63,940 bases of DNA, filler included, from an uncultured Methanoregulaceae archaeon (GCA_964530035.1; 4 parts of 4 records of this genome joined end to end with filler, not necessarily neighbours in it), one strand, 5' to 3'; numbered from the whole stretch's first letter, positions 10,120-20,784 are shown. Numbers and translations are program-made. The notes: generated by a model not told the origin, from the sequence alone.

Positions 10120-10721
10120 AACGGATAATCATTGTTGATTATGGACTGGGAAACCTGAGGAGCGTTTACAAAGGCCTTGAGAAGGCTGGCGGCCACCCTC
10201 TTATCTCCTCGTCGCCGGACGAGGTCAGGTCAGCCGACGGGATTGTCCTTCCGGGGGTCGGGGCATTCCACCAGGGAATGGAGCAGCTCGGGCTCCTGCA
10301 GCAGGCGATCATGGATTCTACCGGAAATACTCCGATTCTCGGGATCTGTCTCGGCATGCAGATGCTCCTCCAGGAATCCGAAGAGCATGGTCTGCATGCC
10401 GGTCTGGGAGTCGTCCCCGGCCGGGTCAGGCGCTTTCCCCAGTCCCCTGGATACAAGATACCTCACATGGGCTGGAACTCTATATACCTCGAGGATACTG
10501 AAGACCCCCTTTTCGAGGGGTGCGCGATAGAGGAGTTTGTCTACTTTGTTCACTCCTACTATGTCGACACACGCCCGGAATTTACCCTGACAACAACGAA
10601 ATACATCTGTCCGTTTGCATCGACAGTCAGGAACGGATCCACGTACGGCGTCCAGTTTCATCCCGAAAAAAGCGGCCAGATCGGCCTCCGCCTGCTCGCA
10701 AACTTCATAGGAATCGCCTGA
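10116..10721 (+). CDS. hisH: Imidazole glycerol phosphate synthase subunit HisH
   Basis: DYGLGNLRSV, LPGVGAF, GICLGMQ, PHMGWN, YFVHSY, QFHPEKS; ATGA overlap with upstream gene. Confidence 0.96.
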   Translation: MKRIIIVDYGLGNLRSVYKGLEKAGGHPLISSSPDEVRSADGIVLPGVGAFHQGMEQLGLLQQAIMDSTGNTPILGICLGMQMLLQESEEHGLHAGLGVVPGRVRRFPQSPGYKIPHMGWNSIYLEDTEDPLFEGCAIEEFVYFVHSYYVDTRPEFTLTTTKYICPFASTVRNGSTYGVQFHPEKSGQIGLRLLANFIGIA

Positions 10722-10818
10722 TACAACAGATCAGGCGTCATAGTGCCCAAAAAATACCTGGTAATAATCAGGCTTCATTCCGTATTCCCTCATATAGGGT
10801 AAAGAAATTAGAAAGGTA

Positions 10819-10962
10819 TTAGGTCGCGTATTTTCCCGGGTCAGAATCGAATTTTTTCTTGCACCCAGGCGCGCAGAAATAATAGGTTTTTCCATTATAT
10901 TCACTCTTGAACGTAGCGGCTTTTTCATCCACGGTCATTTTACAGATAGGGTCAATCGCCAT
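10819..10962 (-). CDS. YHS/TRASH domain small metal-binding protein (47 aa)
   Basis: MAIDPICKMTV...YNGKTYYFCAPGCKKKF; GAGGTG SD upstream; overlaps copA end. Confidence 0.9.
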   Translation of the reverse strand: MAIDPICKMTVDEKAATFKSEYNGKTYYFCAPGCKKKFDSDPGKYAT

Positions 10963-13414
10963 GCTGAACACCTCGTCTCCGTTCTGCCTTATGTATGGGT
11001 GGTATATAACCTTTGAGCAGGAGGGAGAGCGATACCACGGTGACTGAACTTGCAGCCATGGCAAGAGCCGCATATTCCGGCCGGAAAACGACAAACGGGT
11101 AGAGAATACCGGCGGCCAGGGGGATCAGGGCTACGTTGTACGCAAAAGCCCAGAATAGGTTTTGCCTGATACGGGACATTACCTTTCGTGCCAGCTGGAT
11201 CCCGGCGACCGCATCGGTAACATTTCCCTTTACAAGGACGATATCTCCGCTTTCTATGGCGATATCGGTCCCGCCACCCATGGCAATGCCCACATCTGCC
11301 TGTGCAAGGGCAGGGGCATCATTGATCCCGTCCCCTGCAAAGGCAACCCTCCTTCCACCCTCCTGCAGGTCCCTGACCCGTCCCGCCTTTTGATCGGGCA
11401 TGACTTCGGATATGATCGAATTGTTATCGATACCTGTTGAGAGACCGACTGCTGCCGCAGTCCTGCGGTTATCCCCGGTAATCATCCCTACCTTGATGCC
11501 CATGTCCCGGAGGCCCTTGACCGCCAGGGATGCGGAGGGTTTCACCACATCTGCTACCGCCATAATCCCGGCAACACTCCCTCCGATTCCAATCCCGATC
11601 ACGGTTTTTCCCTCCTCCTCGAGCAGCCCGGCAGATCTCCGGATATCCTCAGGGGGTGTATAGCCCTCGCCCTCGAGGAACCGGATTGTTCCGACCAAAA
11701 TCTCTTCCCCAAGAGCCCTTGCCCTGACACCGCCACCAGGAACAGAAATAAAACCTGATGTTTCAAGGGGGAGGATGCCCTGTTCACGGGCATAGGTCGT
11801 GACCGCGCTGGCAACCGGGTGTACAGCCCCGGATTCTGCACCTGCCGCTGCTGCAACCAGGGACCCCGAGGGTATCCCGGACGGGATGACATCGGTTACG
11901 CGGGGTTTTCCCTCTGTGAGAGTCCCGGTCTTGTCGAAGATAACCGTGTCTATCCGTCCAGATGCCTCAAGGGCTTCTCCGTTCCGGATAAGTATTCCCA
12001 GCTCTGCTCCCCGGCCTATTCCAACCGTCACGGCAGTCGGGGTGGCAAGGCCAAGGGCGCAGGGGCATGCAACAACAAGGACAGAAATCATGGTCACAAG
12101 TGCGACCAGGAGGTTCCCCGGGTCTCCTGCAATAAACCACCAGAGAAATGTGACAATGGCGATACCGATAATCAACGGTATGAAGTAGCTGACGGCCACA
12201 TCGGCGATGCGCTGGACGGGTGGGCGGGAACCCGAGGCCTCGTCAACCAGCCTGATGATCCGTGCGAGCATGGTTTCCTTTCCGACCCGTTCCGCAACAA
12301 ACAAAAACGAGCCCGTGGTGTTGATCGTGCCGCCTATCACCAGGTCACCCTTATCTTTTCTCACCGGTATGGGTTCTCCGGTGATCATTGACTCGTTCAC
12401 AAAACTTTCACCCTCGGTCAGCGAACCATCAACCGGGACCAGCTCACCCGCCCTGACCCGGATAATGTCACCAACCGTGACCTCGTCGATACGGACCTCG
12501 GTCTCCACCCCGTCACGGATCACATGGGCTGTCTTCGGAGCAAGACCGATCAATTTTTTAATCGCGTCTGAAGTCCGTCCTTTTGCCCGGCCTTCAAGGA
12601 ACCGGCCCAGCATGAGGAACGCTGCAAGCATGAGGGCGGTATCATACAGCATGAACTCATGGGTGAGCACGAGGGAGAATGTGCCGGCGACACTGGCAAG
12701 GTAGGATACTCCGATCCCCATGGCATACATTACATCCATAGAGAGAACCCTGTTTTTAAGTGCGTGGTATGCCGCACGGAATATCGGCGCGCTTACATAG
12801 ACGAACGGAGGGGTGGCGATGATGAACATGAGAACGGACATGGTATGCACCGGCATACCGAGAGGGAGGTACATCATGGCCATGAGAACGATGCTCATCC
12901 CCAGACCAACCCCCATCCGGCGCAGTTTCTCCTGTTGCTCCTTTTTCATGGCTCTTTCTGCAGCTTCACCGCTCGTCTCATCTGCACGCCCAAGAAACTG
13001 GTATCCGGCCTCCTCGATAACCTTCTTCATGTCATCCGGAGTTGACAGGGAGGGATTAAAGGTCACATAAGCCTTTTCTGTTGCAAGGTTGACCGATACG
13101 CTCCTGGTACCCGGCAGTGACCGGATTGCCGCCTCTATGGTCTCGACACATGTCGCACACATCATCCCCCCGACCCTTATCACAATCTCCTCGTTTACGA
13201 CCTCGTATCCTGCGTCCCGCACTACCCTTTCCAGTTCGTCGAGGCTCGTCTTTTCCGGGTCGTACTGGACCTGTGCCGAGTCCTTCCCGAGGTTGACGGT
13301 GACAGAGGAAACCTCAGGGATCCTGCGTAATGCCTCCTCAACCGTTACTGCACATGTCGCGCAATGCATTCCTGAAAGCCGCAGTTCAGCCCGCTTATTA
13401 TCCATAGAGCTCAT
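10952..13414 (-). CDS. copA: Cu(I)-translocating P1B-type ATPase
   Basis: Two HMA domains (GMHCATC, GMMCATC), TGEP, CPC, DKTGT, GDGINDAP, YN and MAASS TM motifs; exact start uncertain (13405-13420). Confidence 0.93.
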   Translation of the reverse strand: MSSMDNKRAELRLSGMHCATCAVTVEEALRRIPEVSSVTVNLGKDSAQVQYDPEKTSLDELERVVRDAGYEVVNEEIVIRVGGMMCATCVETIEAAIRSLPGTRSVSVNLATEKAYVTFNPSLSTPDDMKKVIEEAGYQFLGRADETSGEAAERAMKKEQQEKLRRMGVGLGMSIVLMAMMYLPLGMPVHTMSVLMFIIATPPFVYVSAPIFRAAYHALKNRVLSMDVMYAMGIGVSYLASVAGTFSLVLTHEFMLYDTALMLAAFLMLGRFLEGRAKGRTSDAIKKLIGLAPKTAHVIRDGVETEVRIDEVTVGDIIRVRAGELVPVDGSLTEGESFVNESMITGEPIPVRKDKGDLVIGGTINTTGSFLFVAERVGKETMLARIIRLVDEASGSRPPVQRIADVAVSYFIPLIIGIAIVTFLWWFIAGDPGNLLVALVTMISVLVVACPCALGLATPTAVTVGIGRGAELGILIRNGEALEASGRIDTVIFDKTGTLTEGKPRVTDVIPSGIPSGSLVAAAAGAESGAVHPVASAVTTYAREQGILPLETSGFISVPGGGVRARALGEEILVGTIRFLEGEGYTPPEDIRRSAGLLEEEGKTVIGIGIGGSVAGIMAVADVVKPSASLAVKGLRDMGIKVGMITGDNRRTAAAVGLSTGIDNNSIISEVMPDQKAGRVRDLQEGGRRVAFAGDGINDAPALAQADVGIAMGGGTDIAIESGDIVLVKGNVTDAVAGIQLARKVMSRIRQNLFWAFAYNVALIPLAAGILYPFVVFRPEYAALAMAASSVTVVSLSLLLKGYIPPIHKAERRRGVQHGD

Positions 13415-13562
13415 TTCCATCCCCAGGAGGGGCCTGTCTGCCCGCGACAGACAGGACCAGTCCCACATGGAATCGTACAACCCTTTTCTCTCTGGCCCCA
13501 CTTAAGAGGCACTGACTGTACCTGGTATGGGCTGTACGGTTGCGATCCGAGACACTTGGGAC

Positions 13563-14822
13563 CTATCCGAGCCCTGCGAAAGCAAGGATCCTAAACCAGG
13601 CGAGGCAGACGACAGCCTGGGCAAAGGTGAGAGGGAGACCTATCTTCAGGAACTCGAAAAAGGATATCGTTTCTCCCTCCCGTTCCGCCCGCTGAATGAT
13701 GATGATATTGCTTGCCGCCCCCATAATCGTCAGGTTGCCGGCAAGAGTCGAACCCGCCGCCAGAGCCATCATGGCAGGCACCCCGGACATGGTGTCCGTA
13801 AGGAGAGGCATCACCAGCGCCACGAAAGGTACATTCGAAATGAACTGACTTATCACGAGACTGGTTGCAAGGAGAAACGGGACTGATATGAAACTCTCAG
13901 ACGGGACAAGCGACTGTACTACCCCGGTCGACCAGACGGCTGCCGTGACAATGAAAAGGGCGGCAAAAAAAACAAGAGTGCACCAGTCAGTGTTCGACAG
14001 TATTTCAACCCGGCGCCGTGAAAACAGGAGCAACGGCAGAATGGCTATGAATGCGACAAGGGAGAGCGGTAAACTTCTGGCTGGGCTGACAACGGTGAGA
14101 ATGCTGCATACAACGATGAGGACCATAAAAAGGCAAAGAGCAATTTTTACAAGCTGCGTTAGCTCCGGGTCTGGTGCTTCAATACGGGGGGGCGGGGTGA
14201 CGGTTTTTACCATCTCACCGGGATAATACCATCGTAGAAACAGATAGCAGAGCCCGAGTCCTGCAGCCGCCGGAAAACCCAGATAGAGAAAAAAAACTCC
14301 GAATGGTTCTGAAAATCCTCCTTCAAGTGCTATGAGGAGCGCCTGGGGACTCCCCAGCGGGGAAAACATGCTCCCGGTGGTTACGGCAAATGCCAGGGTA
14401 ATGAGAAGCAGCGACGTTTTAACCCCGGTATGACGGGCGTACATCAGCATGAGCGGTGTCCCGATGATTGCGAGGGTATCATTGAGGAGAAGACCTGACA
14501 ACAGCCCGCACCATGCAAGGACCAGCATGACCAGGGCTCCACCATTATGAGCCTTCCTGAAAAAGAACGACGATAATGTTTGAAGATATCCGCTCCTTGA
14601 CAGAGCCTCGCCGAGAACGAACATAGAGAAGAGGAATACCATGACGGGTATGCTGACCGAAGCAAGGGCATCCGGGAGGCTGATCTGCCCGGTTACAATC
14701 AGCAGTCCGGCTCCGCCTGCCATGATCTGCCATATCCTGATGTTGAACCTGAAAAGCTGCCGGGCAGCGGTGATCACCAGAATTGCTGCCAGTATCACGA
14801 GGGAAAAAGGAGGCAAATCCAT
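13563..14822 (-). CDS. ArsB/NhaD (SLC13-like) anion permease
   Basis: Highly hydrophobic; LLNDT, ISNVP, GSTLAGNLTIMGAASNIII motifs. Confidence 0.82.
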   Translation of the reverse strand: MDLPPFSLVILAAILVITAARQLFRFNIRIWQIMAGGAGLLIVTGQISLPDALASVSIPVMVFLFSMFVLGEALSRSGYLQTLSSFFFRKAHNGGALVMLVLAWCGLLSGLLLNDTLAIIGTPLMLMYARHTGVKTSLLLITLAFAVTTGSMFSPLGSPQALLIALEGGFSEPFGVFFLYLGFPAAAGLGLCYLFLRWYYPGEMVKTVTPPPRIEAPDPELTQLVKIALCLFMVLIVVCSILTVVSPARSLPLSLVAFIAILPLLLFSRRRVEILSNTDWCTLVFFAALFIVTAAVWSTGVVQSLVPSESFISVPFLLATSLVISQFISNVPFVALVMPLLTDTMSGVPAMMALAAGSTLAGNLTIMGAASNIIIIQRAEREGETISFFEFLKIGLPLTFAQAVVCLAWFRILAFAGLG

Positions 14823-14913
14823 TTTTCATTCACGACCGGGGACATCGCACGATAATTCGAGAAGGAACAGGTGACAAATCGTGCCGGGATCACAGGATTG
14901 AGAGGTGTTCATG

Positions 14914-15615
14914 TCATGGCCGATCAACAACCCAATGAAGGAGCACCCCTTCATCAAGAAGATCATGCGCGTAAAGCTTCAGACGCGGAAACGTGGCCGG
15001 ATCAATGAAACCCTGGCCATCAGATAGGGTCGGCGCGTCCTGACCGCCTATGATCATGTTTCCCACAAAGACCAGGAGCTCATCAACGAGGTCTTCTCCA
15101 AACAACGCTGCGATAATGGTCCCCCCTCCTTCGACCATGAGTTTCCTGACACCATTTATATAGAGATACGCAAGGAGTTCCGCAAGGTCGACCTGGCTGG
15201 TTGAACTCCTGAATATCGATGCAAAATCCGCCAGGGCACTGACGTGCTCTCTGTCTGCCCCCCTGCCGATGGCAATCACCCGTTCACCACCTCCCTTGTG
15301 GAGAATATCAGCCTCAAGGGGAGTCCTTCCCTGGCTGTCGACGACAACACGAATCGGGTGAGGGGGTCTTCCTGATGCAACCCGCGCAGATACGAGTTCC
15401 TGCGATTTCACGGTAAGTGACGGATTGTCAGCCAGCACGGTCCCGATTCCGACCATGATTGCATCTGATCCCGCCTTCAGGCGATCGACCCTGGTGAAAT
15501 CCTCTTTTCCTGATATCTTTACCTGGCGTCGCTCGCGGGTGGAGAGCTTGCCATCTGCACTCACCGCCACGTTGACCACGACATGGGGACGCATGCGGGT
15601 ACTCTTGAGGTTCAT
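14914..15615 (-). CDS. arfC: 2,5-diamino-6-ribosylamino-4(3H)-pyrimidinone 5'-phosphate reductase (archaeal RibD-C)
   Basis: AVSADGKL, DAIMVGIGTVLADNPSL, RVVVDS, LMVEGGG; start may be 15594. Confidence 0.88.
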   Translation of the reverse strand: MNLKSTRMRPHVVVNVAVSADGKLSTRERRQVKISGKEDFTRVDRLKAGSDAIMVGIGTVLADNPSLTVKSQELVSARVASGRPPHPIRVVVDSQGRTPLEADILHKGGGERVIAIGRGADREHVSALADFASIFRSSTSQVDLAELLAYLYINGVRKLMVEGGGTIIAALFGEDLVDELLVFVGNMIIGGQDAPTLSDGQGFIDPATFPRLKLYAHDLLDEGVLLHWVVDRP

Positions 15616-15763
15616 TCCCTATCATCCTTCCAATACCAGGTCAACCTGCAGCCTGGAGGACTGTGAAGACCACCATGATTATTGCCAATCGTATTCCATC
15701 CATGAACAGCACGCCGTCGTGAGTCCTGCCCAACTACAATAATCCATCGGGGACTACCTTTTC

Positions 15764-18169
15764 ATGATTTCAATACCACAAAAAAACCGGGTATCCGCCT
15801 TGGTACCGTCACCCTGGGCCATCCTTATAGCCCTCCTGTTCATCTGCGCTGCATTCCACCCGGCCTTTGCCGATTCACCTGGCTTGACTGTCCAGAAAAA
15901 ATCAGTATCCGGTGAAAAGAACCTGACCCAGCAATACAAGGAAGGACAACTGATTGTACGATTCAAGCCATCTGTGTCAAGGGACCCTGATCAGCTGAAA
16001 AAGTCTTCCGAACGGATGATAGAGATTCTTCTTGCAATGAAAAAAGGGACGGGGAGGCCTTCGGTCATGGGTGACCTCTCCTCACGGGGGCTTCCAGGAG
16101 TCCAGCTAATGCGGCTTCCCGAAGGCGTGGATGTCAGGGAGGCGGCAGAGGTTTACTCCAGGGACCCTGATGTCCTGTATGCTGAACCGAATTACAAACG
16201 GCTGCCAGAGAAGGTACCTACCGATCCCCGGTTCAAGGACCAGTGGGGCCTGTACAATACAGGCCAGTTTGTCTATGACACGACCGGGTTGCCCGGGTCG
16301 GATATTCGTGCACCCGAGGCATGGGATGCCACCACCGGTTCGAAAAATGTTATTATTGCTGTCCTTGACCCGGCCGGTGTCCAGGTGAACCACCCCGACC
16401 TCGCGGCGAACATATGGAATAACACGAGGGAAATACCCGGGAATGGATTCGATGATGATGGAAACGGATTTATAGACGATATCAACGGGTGGGACTTTTA
16501 CGACACCAATTATGATTACCGGGTCGACCCGGGTGAAGGTGACAACAACCCCTCTCCCGACCATTTCACCGACGACCATGGCACGTCCTGCGCAGGGGTG
16601 ATAGGGGCATCCGCAAATAACGGCATCGGTATTGCAGGGACAATGTGGGATGTAACCATCATGCCCCTCAAGTTCGACGGTGACACCTGGTCAGAATCTG
16701 CTGCAATACTGTATGCAAGGCAGAACGGAGCACGGATTATTAGTTGTTCTTTCGGGAACTATGATTATTCGCAGATCGAGCAGGACGCTATCAGGGAGTC
16801 ACCAGAACTCCTTTTTGTCTGTTCAGCAGGAAATGACGGCCTTAATACTGACATCAGCCAGCATTATCCTTCCGGTTACCCTGACGAGAACCTTATCTCC
16901 GTTGCCTCCAGTGACCAGAGAGACGGCATCATGAAGCTATGGACAGGAGGCGGGTCGAACTACGGGCCGGTAACGGTTGACCTCGCCGCCCCAGGTGCAA
17001 ATATCCTGTGCATCGCCCCGGATGGTTCTTTCATCTACGGGGACGGTACGTCGCTGTCCACGCCATATGTTGCAGCGGCCGCGGGACTGGTCCTGTCCAT
17101 AAAACCAGAAGCGACGAGCAAGGACCTGAAAGATGCCATATTGAACTCGGTCGACCCCCTCATGGCATTTACAGACAAAACCGTGACAGGAGGACGGCTG
17201 GATGCAGCATCCGCTCTCATGGCGGTCGATACGACTCCGAGGCCGGATATTGTAATAACCTCGGTAGATTCACCGGGTTCGATCCTTGCCGGGGCGGACA
17301 TAACCATCAGGACCATGGCAAGAAATACGGGAAGAGCAGATGCCGGTCAGTTCGACATCACCTATTACATGACTAAGGCACTCATGATCGGTGAACAGGA
17401 CAGCGCTCTCGGGACATACTCTGTACCAGGGATAGCTGCCGGTGAAACCGTGGAAATTTCGCCATCTTTCAGGATTCCGGACAATACGGCCATGGGTAGG
17501 TATTATATCTTCGCCAGGGCGGATGAACAGGGAAAAGTCCACGAATCAAATGAAAGGAACAACATCCAGTTCGATGCAACCGCCCTCATGGTCTCGGTCA
17601 GAGAATCGCCGTCTTCGACAAAGACACCCGTCCAGAAACCTTTCCTGACATCCACGAGGACCCCTCTCCCGACAAAAACACCGCTGCCAACCGTTCCGAG
17701 AATAACCGTTCCAAAGACGCTGTCCCCTACAGTGACACCTGCCAGGACCGGCCAGGTCCAGCCTTCAAGGACTATTTCAGTCCTGGAGTCTCCACCGGAT
17801 GTCCCTGATATCGGGTTCTCTTCATTGGGATGCCCGGACAGGGTCATTTCAGGGCGTATCCTGACCGTTACCTATTTCATAAAGAATTCCGGGGGTATGC
17901 AGTCCAGGTCATTCAATGTTGACTTCTATCTCTCGACCGACAAAGCATTAGATTCCTCCGATTTCCGACTCGGTAACCAGTATATCCCAACCATAAAGAG
18001 GAATACGTCACTTCGTCAGTCAATCGGATTTGCCCTGCCGAAAACTTTGGACATGGGAGATTACTACCTCATTGCCGTTGCCGACGGCTCCGGCACATCG
18101 GGAGAGACAAATACGAATAACAACATCATCATCTGTCCGAATTCGGTCAGCATCAACCCCCCGAAATAG
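15764..18169 (+). CDS. Secreted S8 subtilisin-like protease with two CARDB domains
   Basis: Signal peptide, propeptide (YAEPNY), triad IAVLD / HGTSCAG / GTSLSTP, SAGN oxyanion residue, CARDB motifs (ESNERNN; ETNTNNN). Confidence 0.9.
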   Translation: MISIPQKNRVSALVPSPWAILIALLFICAAFHPAFADSPGLTVQKKSVSGEKNLTQQYKEGQLIVRFKPSVSRDPDQLKKSSERMIEILLAMKKGTGRPSVMGDLSSRGLPGVQLMRLPEGVDVREAAEVYSRDPDVLYAEPNYKRLPEKVPTDPRFKDQWGLYNTGQFVYDTTGLPGSDIRAPEAWDATTGSKNVIIAVLDPAGVQVNHPDLAANIWNNTREIPGNGFDDDGNGFIDDINGWDFYDTNYDYRVDPGEGDNNPSPDHFTDDHGTSCAGVIGASANNGIGIAGTMWDVTIMPLKFDGDTWSESAAILYARQNGARIISCSFGNYDYSQIEQDAIRESPELLFVCSAGNDGLNTDISQHYPSGYPDENLISVASSDQRDGIMKLWTGGGSNYGPVTVDLAAPGANILCIAPDGSFIYGDGTSLSTPYVAAAAGLVLSIKPEATSKDLKDAILNSVDPLMAFTDKTVTGGRLDAASALMAVDTTPRPDIVITSVDSPGSILAGADITIRTMARNTGRADAGQFDITYYMTKALMIGEQDSALGTYSVPGIAAGETVEISPSFRIPDNTAMGRYYIFARADEQGKVHESNERNNIQFDATALMVSVRESPSSTKTPVQKPFLTSTRTPLPTKTPLPTVPRITVPKTLSPTVTPARTGQVQPSRTISVLESPPDVPDIGFSSLGCPDRVISGRILTVTYFIKNSGGMQSRSFNVDFYLSTDKALDSSDFRLGNQYIPTIKRNTSLRQSIGFALPKTLDMGDYYLIAVADGSGTSGETNTNNNIIICPNSVSINPPK

Positions 18170-18259
18170 TCCGGATGCCCTGATGGCATACCCGGAAAAA
18201 TCCAGGTAAGACGTTTCCTACCGGAAAGGTGACCGTTTTGGTGTATTCCCCGGACACTA

Positions 18260-20083
18260 TCACAGCGGGTCCGCGTCCCGTTTCATCGGGCAGACCATAG
18301 CACCTTCCATGTTACCCTCTGCCCACGAATAACGGCTCCGTATGGTAGGAGGGAGTTGTGATTCAGGTATAGGGACAAAGCCCAGGGACCCATAAAATTC
18401 AGACAGGTGACTTACGGCGAACATATACATCGTTTCAAACCGGGCAGCAGCGACAAGCTCTTCACAGACCATCCGGGCATACCCGTGTCCCCTGAAAACA
18501 TCAGGCGTATAGACACCCTCCATCTCCCAGCCGTCGGGGTGACGTCTCACCCGGGCTGCCGAAACAGCCTCTCCCTTGTCAAATACCATGAAAATCCTGT
18601 CCACAACCGGATCTCCAGTCATCCCGTGGTACGGCACCCACAACGTATCGGCTAAGGAGAATTCAGCCGGTACAAGCTCCCTGGCGAGCATGCCATCGGG
18701 TGGCGGAGGCAGAGGTTGGGCAGAAAGGTCCTTCCCGGTGCGGTCCGTAGCAATTCGGAAACACCCCTCAGGGACATGGATTATAAAGCGTGCCCCCTTA
18801 CCCGGGATGCCGTGCTCCCTGATCGTCATCCAAGTCACCTCAAGAACCTGGCGACATATGAATAATCCTATTCCGGGGTGTTTTCCCGAGTCGTAGTTGA
18901 ATATGGTCTCCTTGAGTTCATCAGGGATTCCCGGTCCGTTGTCTTCGATAATCAGGTCCACGCCATCGGGAGCTGTCCTGTAAGCGACCGTGATATGTGT
19001 CCCGGGGCTGCCGTGTCGCACCGCATTTTCAAGGATATGACCAATGACCTCGGGGAAGAGGAGGTCTGCATAAATCTCCAGCCTTTCAGCATATATCCTG
19101 AGCGAGCCTTCCGGACATGACAGGCCGGCCGACACCTGCCTGCAGCATTCCTGGACATTGTGCCAGGTAGGGGGATAGTTCCCAAGGTCCCGGTAGGACT
19201 CGGTCAGGAGGAGGTGGCGGGATATGGTGTATGCAAGGCTTCGTATCCTTTCAAAGAATCCTCTGCACGAGATGTCGGTATCGGCTGAAAGTGCCTGCTG
19301 CACCACTTCAAGGACCGCATCGACGTTTTTGTGGAGATGATCCACAGAAATTGCCGAAAGGAGGTTTAACTTATCATTAGCAGCCTTTAATGCACTTTCT
19401 GCCTTAAGGCGGGACGTTATATCGATGAAGGAGAGGATGATACGTTCCCCTGACACAATCCCGGCAGAGAGAAGAATGGTTTTTTTCCTGCCATCCTCTG
19501 TCCTGAATACGGCTTCAAAGGCCTCAACCCCTTTTTCAGAATGGACGATTTCAACAAAATTCCTGTAGTCACTCTCGTCTTCCCAGAAGGAACGCAGCGG
19601 TGTGCCGGCAGCCCTGCCTGAAGAAATCCCGATGAGCCTTTCAGCGGTCTCATTTGCCTCAAGGACAGTGAAATCAGAGGGACCACCGCCTATCAGGAGG
19701 GCTCCTGCCTCGGAATGATCGAAGAGTCCTTTATACAGGATCTCCCTCTCCCGGGCCCTTTGCGAGAGCCATGCGACCACCCAGCCGATCACGATGATAA
19801 CAACCGCCCGTGCAACAGCTTCAAGAGAAGCCAGCAGGTCGTAGCCGGTCATACTTATGACCAGTGCGATATAGAGGACACCAACGACCGTGGCAAATAA
19901 AAAACCGCGACGTGGATACAGGTACGCGGCAATGACAACAGGGATATAGAGAAGGTGAGGTATGGCCTGGGTAATCCCATAAAGCAATCCTGAAAATATC
20001 ATGATAAAGGCAAAAACAGTCGTTATTGCAATTATCCAGATTGACCATGTACTCCTTGACACCAGGCCCTGCCAGTCCGCCAT
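18260..20083 (-). CDS. Membrane PAS / histidine-kinase-like ATPase / C-terminal GNAT fusion protein
   Basis: About four N-terminal TMs, PAS (YKGLFDHS..ANETAERLIG), N box ENAVRHG, G1 EDNGPGIP, G2 GIGLFI, GNAT motif VYTPDVFRGHGYA and FYGSLGF. Confidence 0.82.
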   Translation of the reverse strand: MADWQGLVSRSTWSIWIIAITTVFAFIMIFSGLLYGITQAIPHLLYIPVVIAAYLYPRRGFLFATVVGVLYIALVISMTGYDLLASLEAVARAVVIIVIGWVVAWLSQRAREREILYKGLFDHSEAGALLIGGGPSDFTVLEANETAERLIGISSGRAAGTPLRSFWEDESDYRNFVEIVHSEKGVEAFEAVFRTEDGRKKTILLSAGIVSGERIILSFIDITSRLKAESALKAANDKLNLLSAISVDHLHKNVDAVLEVVQQALSADTDISCRGFFERIRSLAYTISRHLLLTESYRDLGNYPPTWHNVQECCRQVSAGLSCPEGSLRIYAERLEIYADLLFPEVIGHILENAVRHGSPGTHITVAYRTAPDGVDLIIEDNGPGIPDELKETIFNYDSGKHPGIGLFICRQVLEVTWMTIREHGIPGKGARFIIHVPEGCFRIATDRTGKDLSAQPLPPPPDGMLARELVPAEFSLADTLWVPYHGMTGDPVVDRIFMVFDKGEAVSAARVRRHPDGWEMEGVYTPDVFRGHGYARMVCEELVAAARFETMYMFAVSHLSEFYGSLGFVPIPESQLPPTIRSRYSWAEGNMEGAMVCPMKRDADPL

Positions 20084-20325
20084 ACAATCAGGTGGGAAGC
20101 ATAGGTAAAAACACCTGTTGTACCCGGTTCCGGGTGATGCCCCCCGGTCTATGGATAATACCTACTTCAATCCCTGATTTCCAGGGACATGATCCTGGAC
20201 TGTGCCCACTACCCGTTCTGTTGTTTGGTGGAGGTGGTAAGCAGTATCTGCCCCGTACAAGCTCGCTGAACAAAGGAGATCGGACAGGGGCCACCAGAAT
20301 AAAAAGCCATTTCAGGGAGGAGGGT

Positions 20326-20784
20326 TCAAAGGCCTTTTTCAGGCAATATTTTGCCGATATCCTCGTTCCAAAGTGCCGGATTACCTGCGATGAACTCCTG
20401 CATCATCCGGATGCACTCCTCATCATCCAGAATGACCAGCTCGACACCCTTCGACACCAGATAATCCTCGGGCCCCAGAAATGTTTCATGCTCTCCGATC
20501 ACCACTTTCGGGATGCCATAGAGCAGGATTGCTCCGCTGCACATTTCACAGGGTGAAAGTGTCGAATACAGGACTGCCCGTCGGTAATTCCCTGTACTGA
20601 GCCGACCAGCATTTTCGAGGCAGTCCATCTCTGCATGCAGGATGACACTCCCCTCCTGCACCCGGCGGTTATGTCCACGCCCGACAATCCTGCCATCGAT
20701 AACCAGAACGGAGCCGATAGGTATGCCTCCCTCAGCTAGCCCCATTTTGGCCTCTTCGAGGGCAATCTTCATGAACGGGTCCAT
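20326..20784 (-). CDS. Nucleoside/cytosine deaminase (CDA family)
   Basis: GGIPIGSVL, HAEMDCLE, STLSPCEMC. Confidence 0.88.
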   Translation of the reverse strand: MDPFMKIALEEAKMGLAEGGIPIGSVLVIDGRIVGRGHNRRVQEGSVILHAEMDCLENAGRLSTGNYRRAVLYSTLSPCEMCSGAILLYGIPKVVIGEHETFLGPEDYLVSKGVELVILDDEECIRMMQEFIAGNPALWNEDIGKILPEKGL

